From an uncultured Gammaproteobacteria bacterium (GTDB lineage: Bacteria; Pseudomonadota; Gammaproteobacteria; Steroidobacterales; Rariloculaceae), in the NCBI GenBank assembly GCA_963713355.1, contig CAVQLK010000001.1, positions 14,269 to 78,268 of the forward strand: DNA of 64,000 bases. Direction: 5' to 3'. The notes under the pieces are model-generated. The model did no database searches, was not told the origin of the DNA, and saw nothing but the letters and a program-made list of their open reading frames with translations. Position 1 is the first letter of the stretch; the number at the start of each line of letters is the position of its first letter. Made by a program: the position numbers and the translations under genes. This document shows positions 18,233 to 27,928 of this stretch, in pieces.

Positions 18233-18790
18233 TTGGCGCCGCGGCGGCACGCTAAGGTAGCAGACTTGGGTAGCACGGCACTTACTGCAGAGCATCCCGA
18301 CCAGCGCCGCGCGGCGACGGCGTACTGCTACTGGGATCTCGTGCCGTCGCCGTTTCGCTCCTTGTGCGTCGCCGTCGATGGCGACGGGCGTCTCGTCGAG
18401 ATTCGCTTCGACGGCCGCCGCCCCGAAGGCCGGCGCGACGCGAAGCGCTGCAAGACCGCGTCGGCACAGCTTCGCGAATATTTCGCCGCGAGGCGGCGCG
18501 AATTCGATCTCGAGCTCGCGCCATACGGCACGGACTTTCAGCTGCGCGTGTGGAACGCGCTGCGCGCGATTCCGTATGGCGCCGTGCGCAACTACGGCGA
18601 TATCGCGCGCGCGATCGGGCAGCCCGGCGCCGCGCGCGCCGTCGGTCAAGCCAACGGCTGTAACCCGCTGCCGATCGTGATCCCGTGCCACCGCGTCATC
18701 GCGAGCGACGGCACGATCGGCGGATTCTCCGCCGGCCTCGGCATCAAGCACCGCTTGCTCGCACTCGAAGGTGCCGAGCTCGACCTCTAG
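18233..18790 (+). CDS. ogt: methylated-DNA--protein-cysteine methyltransferase
   Basis: FQLRVWNALRAIPYGAVRNYGDIARAIGQPGAARAVGQANGCNPLPIVIPCHRVI contains the PCHRV active site. The start is uncertain. Confidence 0.85.
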   Translation: MAPRRHAKVADLGSTALTAEHPDQRRAATAYCYWDLVPSPFRSLCVAVDGDGRLVEIRFDGRRPEGRRDAKRCKTASAQLREYFAARRREFDLELAPYGTDFQLRVWNALRAIPYGAVRNYGDIARAIGQPGAARAVGQANGCNPLPIVIPCHRVIASDGTIGGFSAGLGIKHRLLALEGAELDL

Positions 18791-18792
18791 CG

Positions 18793-19092
18793 ATGGCGCA
18801 CGACTTGAAGTGCTATCGGTGCGGCGAGCCGCTCGCGAAGCTCACGTTACCGCTCGCGCGGCTCGACGAGTGCCCGAAGTGCCACGTGCACCTGCACGTT
18901 TGCCGCATGTGCGAGCGGTTCGCGCCGCGTAAGCCGAAAGGCTGCAGCGAGGACGACGCGATCGAGGTCCGCGACAAGAAGGGCGCGAACTTCTGCGACT
19001 ACTTCAAGCCGAGCGCACGCGCGTATGACTCCGCCGAGCAGCAGGCCGAGCAGGCCGCACGCTCGACGCTCGACGACCTGTTCAAGAAGTAG
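18793..19092 (+). CDS. small zinc-ribbon protein of unknown function
   Basis: MAHDLKCYRCGEPL...ECPKCHVHLHVCRMCERF has multiple CxxC pairs. ATG lies 2 nt after the ogt stop; the longer ORF from 18685 overlaps ogt. Confidence 0.6.
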   Translation: MAHDLKCYRCGEPLAKLTLPLARLDECPKCHVHLHVCRMCERFAPRKPKGCSEDDAIEVRDKKGANFCDYFKPSARAYDSAEQQAEQAARSTLDDLFKK

Positions 19093-19114
19093 ATTGCACT
19101 GGCGCGGCGTGCGC

Positions 19115-20482
19115 TCAGGCGGCGCGCGACAGCGTGCGCGACTGCCCGGCCGCGTCGACCGTCTCGAGCCTGATCGGCCTGCGCCAGACCTTGTGTATGT
19201 AGTCTAAAACCCGCTCGGCGCGCTCGAGGTCGAGCCCACGGCCGTCGGTCTCGTGCTCGTGGTACAGCGTCAGCGAGCCGTCGTTCGCGATGTGCTTCGC
19301 GAGAACCGCCGGCGCACCGAAGTTGTATTTCGGCGCGAGCACGGTCTCGCGCAGCGCGTGGATGTCGTGGTCGAGCACACGCACTCCGCCTTGGGCCGTG
19401 CGCTCGTAGCGAAACAGCTTCAGCTCGTCGGCGAGCTCTTGCGTCAAATGATTGCGGATGAAGCTGAAGTCGTCGTCCTGAGCGCGGATCTGAAATGCGC
19501 GTTCGAGCCCGTGCTCCTCGACGATCGATTCCCAGATCGAGAACCCGAGGTGGTAGGGGTTCGTGGCAAGCGACGCTTGCTGCTCGGCCGCGTGCGGGCG
19601 CACGACGTCCGAATGCGTCTTCAGCGCGTCGAGATACTCGTTGTGCGGCAGAAAGTCCGCCTCGCGCAGTAGCCGCGCGTGCCAGTAGGACGCCCAGCCT
19701 TCGTTCATGATCTGGCACGCGAACACGGGATAGAAGTAGAACGACTCCTCGCGCACGGCGCGGAACACGTCGCGCTCCCACTCCTCGAGCTCGGGAGCGT
19801 ACTCGGCGATGAGCCACAACAGGTCGCGCTCGGGCGCAGCCGGAATCGGCGCGCGCGTCCGCTCGAGCGGCGCATCGGCGGCGAGACTTTCGCCGGGCAG
19901 GTTCTCGAAGCGCTTCTGGAAGCCGCTTTCTTGCAGCGCACGCGGCCCTTCGACGTAGTGCGGGTAGCGCTCGCGGCGCAAGCTCTGGTGCGGCTCGATG
20001 TGCGCCTCGAGCGACAGCGCGGCGTCGAGCACCTGCTCGACGCGCGTCTGGCCATACTGCTCGACAGCCGTGCCGATCTGGCGCGCGTGGGCGGCCGCCT
20101 GCTCGACGATGCGGTAGCCGACCTGCTCCTGGCTGCGCTTGAACAGCGAGTTGTTCTTCGCGAAGTCGGCGTGCCCGAGCACGTGCGCCGTCACGAGCGT
20201 GTTCTCTTGCAGCGAGTTGTTGCCGGCAAGATAGGCGCGCCCCGGATTGCCGGGGAAGACGACCTCGAACAACCGCGAATGGCCCATGCGGTGCTGCACG
20301 AGCTGATAAATGTAGCGGACGCCGAACGACCAATGCGGCATGCGCACCGGCAATCCATACACGGCAACTTCCATCATGAAGCTCGAAGGGACTTCTTCGA
20401 ACTGCACGGGGTAGTAATCGAGGCCGTTATCTTGAGCGAGCGCTTCGAGCAGGCCCGCGTAGCCCTGTAGCGCCATGTTCAT
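19115..20482 (-). CDS. ycgB: SpoVR/YcgB family protein
   Basis: VRMPHWSFGVRY, VTAHVLGHADFAKNN, NEGWASYWH. Third gene of the prkA-yeaH-ycgB operon. Confidence 0.9.
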   Translation of the reverse strand: MNMALQGYAGLLEALAQDNGLDYYPVQFEEVPSSFMMEVAVYGLPVRMPHWSFGVRYIYQLVQHRMGHSRLFEVVFPGNPGRAYLAGNNSLQENTLVTAHVLGHADFAKNNSLFKRSQEQVGYRIVEQAAAHARQIGTAVEQYGQTRVEQVLDAALSLEAHIEPHQSLRRERYPHYVEGPRALQESGFQKRFENLPGESLAADAPLERTRAPIPAAPERDLLWLIAEYAPELEEWERDVFRAVREESFYFYPVFACQIMNEGWASYWHARLLREADFLPHNEYLDALKTHSDVVRPHAAEQQASLATNPYHLGFSIWESIVEEHGLERAFQIRAQDDDFSFIRNHLTQELADELKLFRYERTAQGGVRVLDHDIHALRETVLAPKYNFGAPAVLAKHIANDGSLTLYHEHETDGRGLDLERAERVLDYIHKVWRRPIRLETVDAAGQSRTLSRAA

Positions 20483-20483
20483 G

Positions 20484-21644
20484 CTAGACCTCTGCCTCGG
20501 CGCGGCGAGTGAAGAACGCGCGAATCGCGTCCCAGACGGACTCCGGCGCGGTCAATGCGTGGCGGCCGGCAGCGCCGGTTTCGGCTTGCAGCTGCTCGAA
20601 CAGCAGCGCCGTCTCGGACTGAAGCGGCTGCTGCGCGACGGACGCCGTCTCGACGTAGCCGACGTAGTTCGCGACGCTGCCGAGCTGCGTCAGCGCCGCT
20701 TGCGCGGCTTCGCGGTCGTTGTGGAAGTTCGCGCCGTCGGAGGCATAGAACACGTAGGTGTTGAACCGGCTCGGGTCATAACGGTCCGTGGCGATCTCGA
20801 GCACTTTGCGGAACGCCGTCGAGGCGACCGTGCCGCCGCTGCCGCTGACCTGGAAGAACTCCGCTTCGGGGAACTCCCACGCCTCGACGGTGTGCGCGAC
20901 GAACACGGCCTCGAGGTGCGTGTACTGGCGGCGCAGCCCCTGCACGACCCAAAAGAAAAATGTTTTCGCGAGCTTGCGGTCGTGCTCCGTCATGCTCGAC
21001 GACACGTCCATGGCGAAGTAGACGACGGCCTCCGTCGCGGGCCGGCGGCGCATCGCGAGCTGGCGATAGCGCAGGTCGTCGTTCGTGAACGGCGGCGCCT
21101 CGTTTTGCACGGCGCGCCGCTTGATTGCCTCCTTCAGCGAGCGGCGCCGATCGAGCCGCGAGCGAACGCCGCGCCGGCTCCAGCCTTCGCGCGTGTAATC
21201 GTCGTACTGGACCGCGCCCGACTTCACCTTGAGGTTCGGCAGCTTGAGCTCCTCCCAGAGCCAGTCGACGATGTCGTCGATCTTGAGCTCGAGGATGAAC
21301 TGGTAGCCGCCTTCCTCGTTGCCGCCCGCGCCTTTCGAGAGAGGTCCGTCGCCGGGCTGCACGAGCTGATCGCCGGGCTTGCCGGCGCCTTGGCCGACGC
21401 CTTCCGACTCCTCGGCCTCGCGCAACCGAAACCGTGCGTGGTCGAGGAAACGGACGGGAACTTGGACCGTGCGGTCCGCGCTCGGCAGGAGCTCGCTGCC
21501 GGCAATGAGCTCGGGTAGCTTGTCGCGGACGGCGGCTCGGACCTTGTCGTTGTGCCGCAACCAGTCGCGTGCGCCGCGCGAGAAGAGGTCATACCACTGG
21601 CGCCCGGAACCCGTCGGATCCACGAAACCGGACGACCCTGCCAT
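20484..21644 (-). CDS. yeaH: YeaH/YhbH family (DUF444) protein
   Basis: WYDLFSRGARDWLRHN at the N-terminus, vWA-like FAMDVSSSM, and YASDGANF. Confidence 0.9.
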   Translation of the reverse strand: MAGSSGFVDPTGSGRQWYDLFSRGARDWLRHNDKVRAAVRDKLPELIAGSELLPSADRTVQVPVRFLDHARFRLREAEESEGVGQGAGKPGDQLVQPGDGPLSKGAGGNEEGGYQFILELKIDDIVDWLWEELKLPNLKVKSGAVQYDDYTREGWSRRGVRSRLDRRRSLKEAIKRRAVQNEAPPFTNDDLRYRQLAMRRRPATEAVVYFAMDVSSSMTEHDRKLAKTFFFWVVQGLRRQYTHLEAVFVAHTVEAWEFPEAEFFQVSGSGGTVASTAFRKVLEIATDRYDPSRFNTYVFYASDGANFHNDREAAQAALTQLGSVANYVGYVETASVAQQPLQSETALLFEQLQAETGAAGRHALTAPESVWDAIRAFFTRRAEAEV

Positions 21645-21675
21645 TTTTTCCTGCCCTCCCTTGCCTATGAACCCG

Positions 21676-23679
21676 CTACTCCTGCGATAGCAATGTGGTG
21701 ACGTAATTGAGCGCTTCCTTCGCGCTGTGCTCGTCGTAACCGTACTCCTTGATCAAGCGCTCCTGCACGGCCGAGATCTTGTGCTCGGCCTCGTCGTCGG
21801 GCCGCGCTTTCGACGTTACGAGCCGCAGCACGTCACGGCGCTCCTCGAACAAGTACTGCTCGATCGCCTCGTGCAGCCGCGAGTGATTGTCGAGCGTGAA
21901 CTTCTCGCCGGCCTTGAACGCGACCATGGCCTTGCGGACGACTTCCTGGCGGAACGATAGCTTGCCGGACTCGGAGATCTTGATCTTCTCCTCGACGGAG
22001 CGCAGGAAACGCTCGTCGGGTGGGCGCGATTCGCCCGTGATCGGATCTTCGACCTCGCGCTTGTCGAGCGACGCCTCGATCTCGTCGAGATACTTCTCGA
22101 GCAGCTGCTGCGCTTCTTCCTGGAAGGACGCGAACAGCGCGCGGTGGACGTCTTCCTTGACCCAGCGGTTGTAGAAATCCTTGCGGGCCAGCACGAGAAA
22201 CTCGATCCACTGCTTCTTGCGTCCCGCGTCCATGCGCGCATCCGTCTCGATGGCGTCCTTGAGCGCGAGCAGCATGTCCATGCTCGTCAGGCTCGCGAGG
22301 TTGTTGCGCGTGATCGCGTTGCTGATCGCGTTGATGACGAAGCGTGGGCTGACACCCGTCAAACCTTCGTCCGTCGACTCCGCGCGTATGCGCGGCACGT
22401 CGGCCGCCGTGAAGCCCTCGACGTCCTCGTTCGAGTAGAGCTTCAGCTTCTTCGTGATATCGAGGCCCTCGCGCGACGGCTTCTGCAGACGCGTCAGGAT
22501 CGCGAACACGGCGGCCAAATCGACGACGTGCGGATCGAAGTGAACCTTGCGAAACGCCGGCGCGCTCGACACGAGCTTGCGATAGATACGCGCCTCGTCG
22601 CGGAACGACAACGTGTACGGCACCTTGACGATCACCATGCGATCGAGCAGCGCCTCGTTCTCCTTTTCCTGCAGGAACTTGTTGAACTCGGCGAGGTTCG
22701 TGTGCGCGAGAATCGTTTCGTCGAGGTGAATCAACGGGAAACGCGAGACCTTGACGTTCTTTTCCTGAGTCAGCGTCAGCAGCAGATACAGGAACTCGCG
22801 CTTGACCTTCAGGATCTCGATCATCTCGAGCACGCCGCGGCTCGCGGCATAGACGGCGCCCGACCAGGACCACGCCCGCGGGTCGCCTTCGTCGCCGATG
22901 TCGGCGACCTTCGACAGATCGACGGAGCCGACGAGGTCGGCGATGTCGGCGGTCGTCGGATCGTGCGGCGCGTACGTGCCGACGCCGACGCGCTGTGCCT
23001 CGGAAAGGAAAATGCGCTCGACGGGGAAGCGCATGAAGTCGCCCTGGAACTCGTCGTCGAGCCGCGCGCGCGCGTACGGCGAGAGCTCGCCTTGAATGTC
23101 GACGCCGTACGTCGAGCGGAACTTCGGCCGCAAGCTCGCCGGCACTAGATTCAGCGGCGATTCGTGCAGCGGCGACCCTTGCAGCGCGTAGAGCGCGCCG
23201 TCCTCGGTGTGGCTGTACTCCTCGAGCCCGCGCTTGAGCAGGATCACGAGCGAGGACTTGCCGCCCGACGGAGGGCCGAGCAACAGCAGCAGCCGTCGGC
23301 CGACGTCGGAGCCCGCGGCTGCGGCCTTGAAGTAGTCGATGACGCGCTCGAGCGCGCTGTCGATGCCGAACAGCTCGCCGGCGAACAGCGCCGTCGCAGT
23401 CGGTTCGGGTTGCCCGGTTCCGCGTTCGCCGCGCGGCGCATCGCGGTACGCGCACAGCATGTCGTAGACGTACTGATGCGACGAGCGCGTCAGCTTGCCG
23501 GGATCCTTTGGAAGAACGTCTTGAAGAAACTCTGCGAACGTGCCACGCCAGTGTTGTGCTTGGTGCTGGGTGGCAAAGGCGGTCAAATCGTCGATGAAGG
23601 TTCCTCGATGAGATGAAGCTCGCGGGCTCAATATCTCTCGATGGATTCCGAATTCGGATAGCGTCGTCGTCATCAACAC
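21676..23679 (-). CDS. prkA: PrkA/YeaG family serine protein kinase
   Basis: Walker A LLLLGPPSGGKSSL. Long conserved PrkA body (EMIEILKVKREFLYLLLTLTQEKNVK). Confidence 0.9.
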   Translation of the reverse strand: MLMTTTLSEFGIHREILSPRASSHRGTFIDDLTAFATQHQAQHWRGTFAEFLQDVLPKDPGKLTRSSHQYVYDMLCAYRDAPRGERGTGQPEPTATALFAGELFGIDSALERVIDYFKAAAAGSDVGRRLLLLLGPPSGGKSSLVILLKRGLEEYSHTEDGALYALQGSPLHESPLNLVPASLRPKFRSTYGVDIQGELSPYARARLDDEFQGDFMRFPVERIFLSEAQRVGVGTYAPHDPTTADIADLVGSVDLSKVADIGDEGDPRAWSWSGAVYAASRGVLEMIEILKVKREFLYLLLTLTQEKNVKVSRFPLIHLDETILAHTNLAEFNKFLQEKENEALLDRMVIVKVPYTLSFRDEARIYRKLVSSAPAFRKVHFDPHVVDLAAVFAILTRLQKPSREGLDITKKLKLYSNEDVEGFTAADVPRIRAESTDEGLTGVSPRFVINAISNAITRNNLASLTSMDMLLALKDAIETDARMDAGRKKQWIEFLVLARKDFYNRWVKEDVHRALFASFQEEAQQLLEKYLDEIEASLDKREVEDPITGESRPPDERFLRSVEEKIKISESGKLSFRQEVVRKAMVAFKAGEKFTLDNHSRLHEAIEQYLFEERRDVLRLVTSKARPDDEAEHKISAVQERLIKEYGYDEHSAKEALNYVTTLLSQE

Positions 23680-23968
23680 TCCCTACCTTGATGTTAGCGA
23701 TGCCATATCGCCGGTTGTTTTTCTTCTTTGATCGTCTTGAGGCTTACCTCCACGTTCCGTGCCGATCAGTAAATTAGACGAAGTAAAGTAATCGGCGTTC
23801 CGTTAAATCGTCTCGGGTTCAGGCTCGAACTTTCCAAGCAGCGTGTCTGTGAGTACAGTCACAATTATAGGAGCCGTTCGACATAAGTACGACAGGTTCC
23901 GTTGCAGCGAACGCGGGCTTGGCCGAGCGCCACGGCTGGGCCCCGGCGGTGTGCCGCTGAACTCACTT

Positions 23969-24000
23969 TGTAGAAAATGCGAAAGCCGCGCTCAGCGCGG
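23969..24000 (-). terminator. intrinsic terminator after the coiled-coil gene
   Basis: On the minus strand, ccgcgc-tga-gcgcgg is followed by CTTTCGCATTTTC. It lies 29 nt past the stop at 24029. Confidence 0.5.
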
Positions 24001-24028
24001 GCCTCGAGGGGCAGAAAGCCGCGGCGGC

Positions 24029-24961
24029 TTACTTCTCGCCGTTGCCCTGCGCGGCGGTGCGGCGCGCCTCGAGCAGCGAGCGGCGCATGTCGATGGCGAT
24101 CGTGGCGTCGTTCTTGACGGTGCCGGACTTGTCGATTTGCTCGATGATGCGCACATCGGTGTCCGAGAGCGACGGTAGGTTCACGGAGGTCGTAGCCGTC
24201 GGGCTGTCGCCCTTGGCGGCGTGATACTTGCGTTTCCACGTATCCGCACTGCGCCGCAGCTCGGCGATCGTGTTCGAGTGCTTGTTGATGGCGGCTTCGA
24301 GCTGGCTGATGACGTCGCGCTTCTCGTCGAGGCTCGCCTGCAGCGCAGTGACGCGCTCCTGATCCGAGCGCAGGCTCTTGATCAGCGTCTTGCGTGCCTC
24401 GAGCTCCGAGCGCAGCTCGTCGAGCTCCGACTGCTCCTCGCTGGCCTCGCTCGCGGCCGCCTCGCGCAGCGTCGCGAGCTCGGCGGCAGCCTCGCCAGCC
24501 TGGCGCTCGGCGCGCTGTAGCTTCGCCTTCAGGTCTTCGATCTCGCGGTCCTTGTTCCGCGCGTCTGCCTTGACGCGCTCCGTGCCGTCAGTGTCGCGGC
24601 GCAGCGCGCGTATCAGCTCCTTCTTGCTCTCGAGCTCGGAGGTCACGCGCTCGAGCTCGAGGTCACGCGTGCGAACCTCGGCACGCAGCTTGGACGCGTC
24701 TTCGGCGTCGCCGCGCAACGCTTCGATCAGTGTGTTCTGCCCCTCGATGCGCTGCCTGAGCTGCTCGACCTCGCCGTCTCGGCCCGCTGCACCGCCTTCG
24801 AGCTCGGCCACGCGTGCGCGCTTCTCCTCGAGCTCGGTGAGCACCGACGCGAGCTCGGAGCCCCAATCGGCGAGCAAGCCCGTCAGGCGATCCCGCAAGC
24901 CCTGGACCGATGCAGCGGATTCCGTCATGTCAGTGAGCACCTGTGGAGCAGCGCTCACCAC
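24029..24961 (-). CDS. coiled-coil protein of unknown function with three internal repeats
   Basis: Heptad-rich, Glu/Arg/Leu-dominated sequence. The motif recurs three times: NTLIEALRGDAED, KELIRALRRDTDG, KTLIKSLRSDQER. Likely start MTESAASVQGL at 24928. Confidence 0.6.
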   Translation of the reverse strand: MVSAAPQVLTDMTESAASVQGLRDRLTGLLADWGSELASVLTELEEKRARVAELEGGAAGRDGEVEQLRQRIEGQNTLIEALRGDAEDASKLRAEVRTRDLELERVTSELESKKELIRALRRDTDGTERVKADARNKDREIEDLKAKLQRAERQAGEAAAELATLREAAASEASEEQSELDELRSELEARKTLIKSLRSDQERVTALQASLDEKRDVISQLEAAINKHSNTIAELRRSADTWKRKYHAAKGDSPTATTSVNLPSLSDTDVRIIEQIDKSGTVKNDATIAIDMRRSLLEARRTAAQGNGEK

Positions 24962-25052
24962 GCTGCCGGTTTTGGCCGTCGATTGCGGTGAATTACGTCA
25001 CATGGGGGACGGGCGGGCGCGGACGGATTTGCGAAATTCGTCCTCTCTTCTC

Positions 25053-26108
25053 CTATCGGAACCGCTTCTGCAGCGCCTCGAGCGCGTCTTTGCCCGGGCA
25101 CAGAACCTCGTACGGCAGCCTCGCCAGCGGCGCCGCCACGGTACCGTTGACGCCATGCAAGTCGGGCTCCGACTCGTCGATATAGAGCAGCCCCGTGACG
25201 ATCTCGCCCTTGCGCTGCCGAGCGCGAATGTACTCGAGCGCCGCGCCGCGACTGCCGGGGTCGAAATCCTTCGCCACCTTGCGCAACAGCACGCGGCTGC
25301 CGTCGTGCAGCTCGACGGGAAGCACCTCGCCCTCGTCGTAAGCCGCTTTGATCTCGTGCGCGGGCGGCACGAAGTCGGCATGGATCGCCGGATGGCTGAA
25401 CTCGCGCGCGTACGCGTAGCTCTTCGTCGAATCCTCGTGATCGTTGAACGTGACGCACGGCGAGATGACGTCGATCAGCGCAAAGCCGCGATGGCGCACG
25501 CCCGCCTTGATCAGCGGCACGAGCTGCTCCTTGTCGCCCGAGAAGCTGCGCGCCACGAACGAGCCGGCGAGCGCGAGCGCGATCTGGACGGGATCGATCG
25601 GCGGCTGCTTGTTGACCTCGCCGCGTTTTGCTTTCGAGCCGACGTCGGCCGATGCGGAGAACTGCCCCTTCGTCAGGCCGTACACGCCGTTGTTCTCGAT
25701 CAGGTACACCATGTCGAGATTGCGGCGCAAAGCATGCGTGAATTGCCCGAGACCGATCGACAGCGAATCGCCGTCGCCGGAGACGCCGAGCAGATGCAGC
25801 TGCCGGTTCGCGGCGCTCGCCCCCGTCGCGATCGACGGCATGCGGCCGTGCACCGAGTTGAAGCCGTGCGACGCGCTCAAGAAATACGCCGGCGTCTTCG
25901 ACGAGCAGCCGATCCCGCTCAGCTTCGCGACGCTGTGCGGTGCAATGTCGAGCTCGAAGAAGGCCTGCACGATGGCCGCCGTGATCGAGTCGTGGCCGCA
26001 GCCGGCGCACAGCGTCGACATCCCGCCTTCGTAGTCGCGCACGGTGAGCCCGAGCGCGTTGCGCTTGAGCCCTTGGTGGACGATCTGCGGTTTCGCGATC
26101 GACGTCAT
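25053..26108 (-). CDS. korB: 2-oxoacid:ferredoxin oxidoreductase, beta (TPP-binding) subunit
   Basis: ATG 26108 overlaps the korA stop (ATGA). CAGCGHDSI; TPP motif GDGDSLSIGLGQFTHALRRNLDMVYLIENNGVYGLTKGQ. Confidence 0.9.
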   Translation of the reverse strand: MTSIAKPQIVHQGLKRNALGLTVRDYEGGMSTLCAGCGHDSITAAIVQAFFELDIAPHSVAKLSGIGCSSKTPAYFLSASHGFNSVHGRMPSIATGASAANRQLHLLGVSGDGDSLSIGLGQFTHALRRNLDMVYLIENNGVYGLTKGQFSASADVGSKAKRGEVNKQPPIDPVQIALALAGSFVARSFSGDKEQLVPLIKAGVRHRGFALIDVISPCVTFNDHEDSTKSYAYAREFSHPAIHADFVPPAHEIKAAYDEGEVLPVELHDGSRVLLRKVAKDFDPGSRGAALEYIRARQRKGEIVTGLLYIDESEPDLHGVNGTVAAPLARLPYEVLCPGKDALEALQKRFR

Positions 26109-27928
26109 GCCGCAGCTCCTTGCGCCGCATAGTGCGTCAACGCATCGGAAACGCAGCGGTGGTCCATCGGCAAGCCGCCGTAATGCAGGATCGAGTGCAT
26201 GCGCGCGGCAGGGTACTGCGTTTCGGCCATCAGCAGCGTCTTCAGCTGCGCGTCGCGGTTCTGCTCGACGACGAATACGAGCTCGTGCTGCTCGAGAAAT
26301 TGCTGCACTTTCTCGCCGAACGGGAACGCGCGGATGCGGCAGTAGTCGGCGTGGATGCCCTTGACCGCCAGGCGGTCGAGCGCCTCGGTGACGGCGGAAT
26401 CGCTGCTTCCGACGGCGACGATGCCGAGGGAGGCGATGCCTTTGCGCGAGTGGCGAATCGCGGGCTGGGGCACGAGCGTCGCGGCCGTCTGCCATTTTTT
26501 CGCGAGCCGGTCGACGACCTGCTGGTATTCCGCGGCGTCCTCCGTGTAGGCGCCGTACTGGTTGTGGCCCGAGCCCCGCACGAAGTACGCGCCGCGCGGA
26601 TGCATGCCCGGCAGCGTGCGCTGCGGAATACCGTCGCCATCGACGTCGACGTAGCGATGAAACCCCTTCGCGGCTTCCAGCTGATCGGCCGACAGCACCT
26701 TGCCGCGATCGGGCCGGTACGCGGGGTCCCAGTCGAGGTCGCGGCACATCCAGTCGTTCATGCCGATGTCGAGGTCCGACATCACGATGACGGGCGTCTG
26801 CAGCCGGTCGGCGAGATCGAACGCCGTGACGGCGAGCTCGAAGCATTCGCGCGGATCCGCGGGGAACAACAGCACGTGCTTCGTGTCGCCGTGCGAGGCA
26901 TAAGCCGCCGCCAGCAGGTCGGCCTGCTGCGTGCGCGTCGGCATCCCGGTCGAGGGCCCGACGCGCTGCACGTCGAACAGCACCGCAGGCAGCTCCGCGA
27001 AATAGGCGAAACCGAGGAACTCGCTCATCAGGGACAAGCCGGGGCCGCTCGTCGGCGTGAATGCACGCGCGCCGTTCCAGGTCGCACCGAGCACGATACC
27101 AATCGCCGCCAGCTCGTCTTCGGCCTGCACGATGCAATAGAGCCGCTCGCCGGTCTGCGGGTCCTTACGATAACGCTCGCAGAACGATTTGAACGCGTCC
27201 ATCAACGACGTCGACGGCGTGATCGGATACCACGCGCCCACCGTGGCGCCCGCATACAGGCAACCCAAGGCCGCTGCGGTATTACCGTCGATCATGATGC
27301 AGCTGGCCGTCTTGCCGAGCGGCTTGACGCGCTGCGGCAGCGGGCACGCGAGCTGTGTTCGCGCATGCTCGAAGCCGAGGTCGAATGCCTCGAGGTTCGA
27401 TTCGATGAGCGCGGGCTTCTTGGCGAACGTTTCCTTGACGAGCTCGGTGATCACGGCGCGGTCGAGCTCGAGCAGCGCGGCGAGCACGCCGACGTACGCC
27501 ATGTTCTTCATGAGGATGCGCGTTCGCGCATTCGCGAACCGCTCGTTGCACATGCGCGCAAACGGCACGCCGATGATCTCGATGTCGGGGCGCGCGAGCT
27601 GCCGATCGCGCGGCCAAGTCGAGTCGTAGAGCAGAACGCCGCCCGGCGCGACCTCGGCCAGGTCGCGCGCGTACGTTTGCGAGTTCATGGCGACCATGAT
27701 GTCGACTGAGCCCGAGCGCGCGAGATAACCGTCCTTGCTGACGCGGATCTCGTACCAGGTCGGCAACCCTTGGATGTTCGACGGGAAGAAGTTCTTGCCC
27801 GTAACGGGCACGCCCATGCGAAACACGGTCTTCATGAGCAGCGCGTTGGCGCTCGCCGAGCCGGTGCCATTGACGTTCGCGATCTTGAGGACGAAGTCGT
27901 TTACCCGGCTTTTCTGCTGCTTTCCCAC
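26105..27928 (-). CDS. korA: 2-oxoacid:ferredoxin oxidoreductase, fused alpha/gamma subunit
   Basis: VNGTGSASANALL (gamma-like N-terminus) and GAWYPITPSTSL (pyruvate-flavodoxin oxidoreductase core). Confidence 0.9.
   Translation of the reverse strand: MGKQQKSRVNDFVLKIANVNGTGSASANALLMKTVFRMGVPVTGKNFFPSNIQGLPTWYEIRVSKDGYLARSGSVDIMVAMNSQTYARDLAEVAPGGVLLYDSTWPRDRQLARPDIEIIGVPFARMCNERFANARTRILMKNMAYVGVLAALLELDRAVITELVKETFAKKPALIESNLEAFDLGFEHARTQLACPLPQRVKPLGKTASCIMIDGNTAAALGCLYAGATVGAWYPITPSTSLMDAFKSFCERYRKDPQTGERLYCIVQAEDELAAIGIVLGATWNGARAFTPTSGPGLSLMSEFLGFAYFAELPAVLFDVQRVGPSTGMPTRTQQADLLAAAYASHGDTKHVLLFPADPRECFELAVTAFDLADRLQTPVIVMSDLDIGMNDWMCRDLDWDPAYRPDRGKVLSADQLEAAKGFHRYVDVDGDGIPQRTLPGMHPRGAYFVRGSGHNQYGAYTEDAAEYQQVVDRLAKKWQTAATLVPQPAIRHSRKGIASLGIVAVGSSDSAVTEALDRLAVKGIHADYCRIRAFPFGEKVQQFLEQHELVFVVEQNRDAQLKTLLMAETQYPAARMHSILHYGGLPMDHRCVSDALTHYAAQGAAA

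Noticed and set aside
25053-27137. 694-aa ORF read as one protein
   Set aside because: Only the last 351 codons are korB. The upstream part is an out-of-frame shadow of korA, and ATG 26108 overlaps the korA stop.
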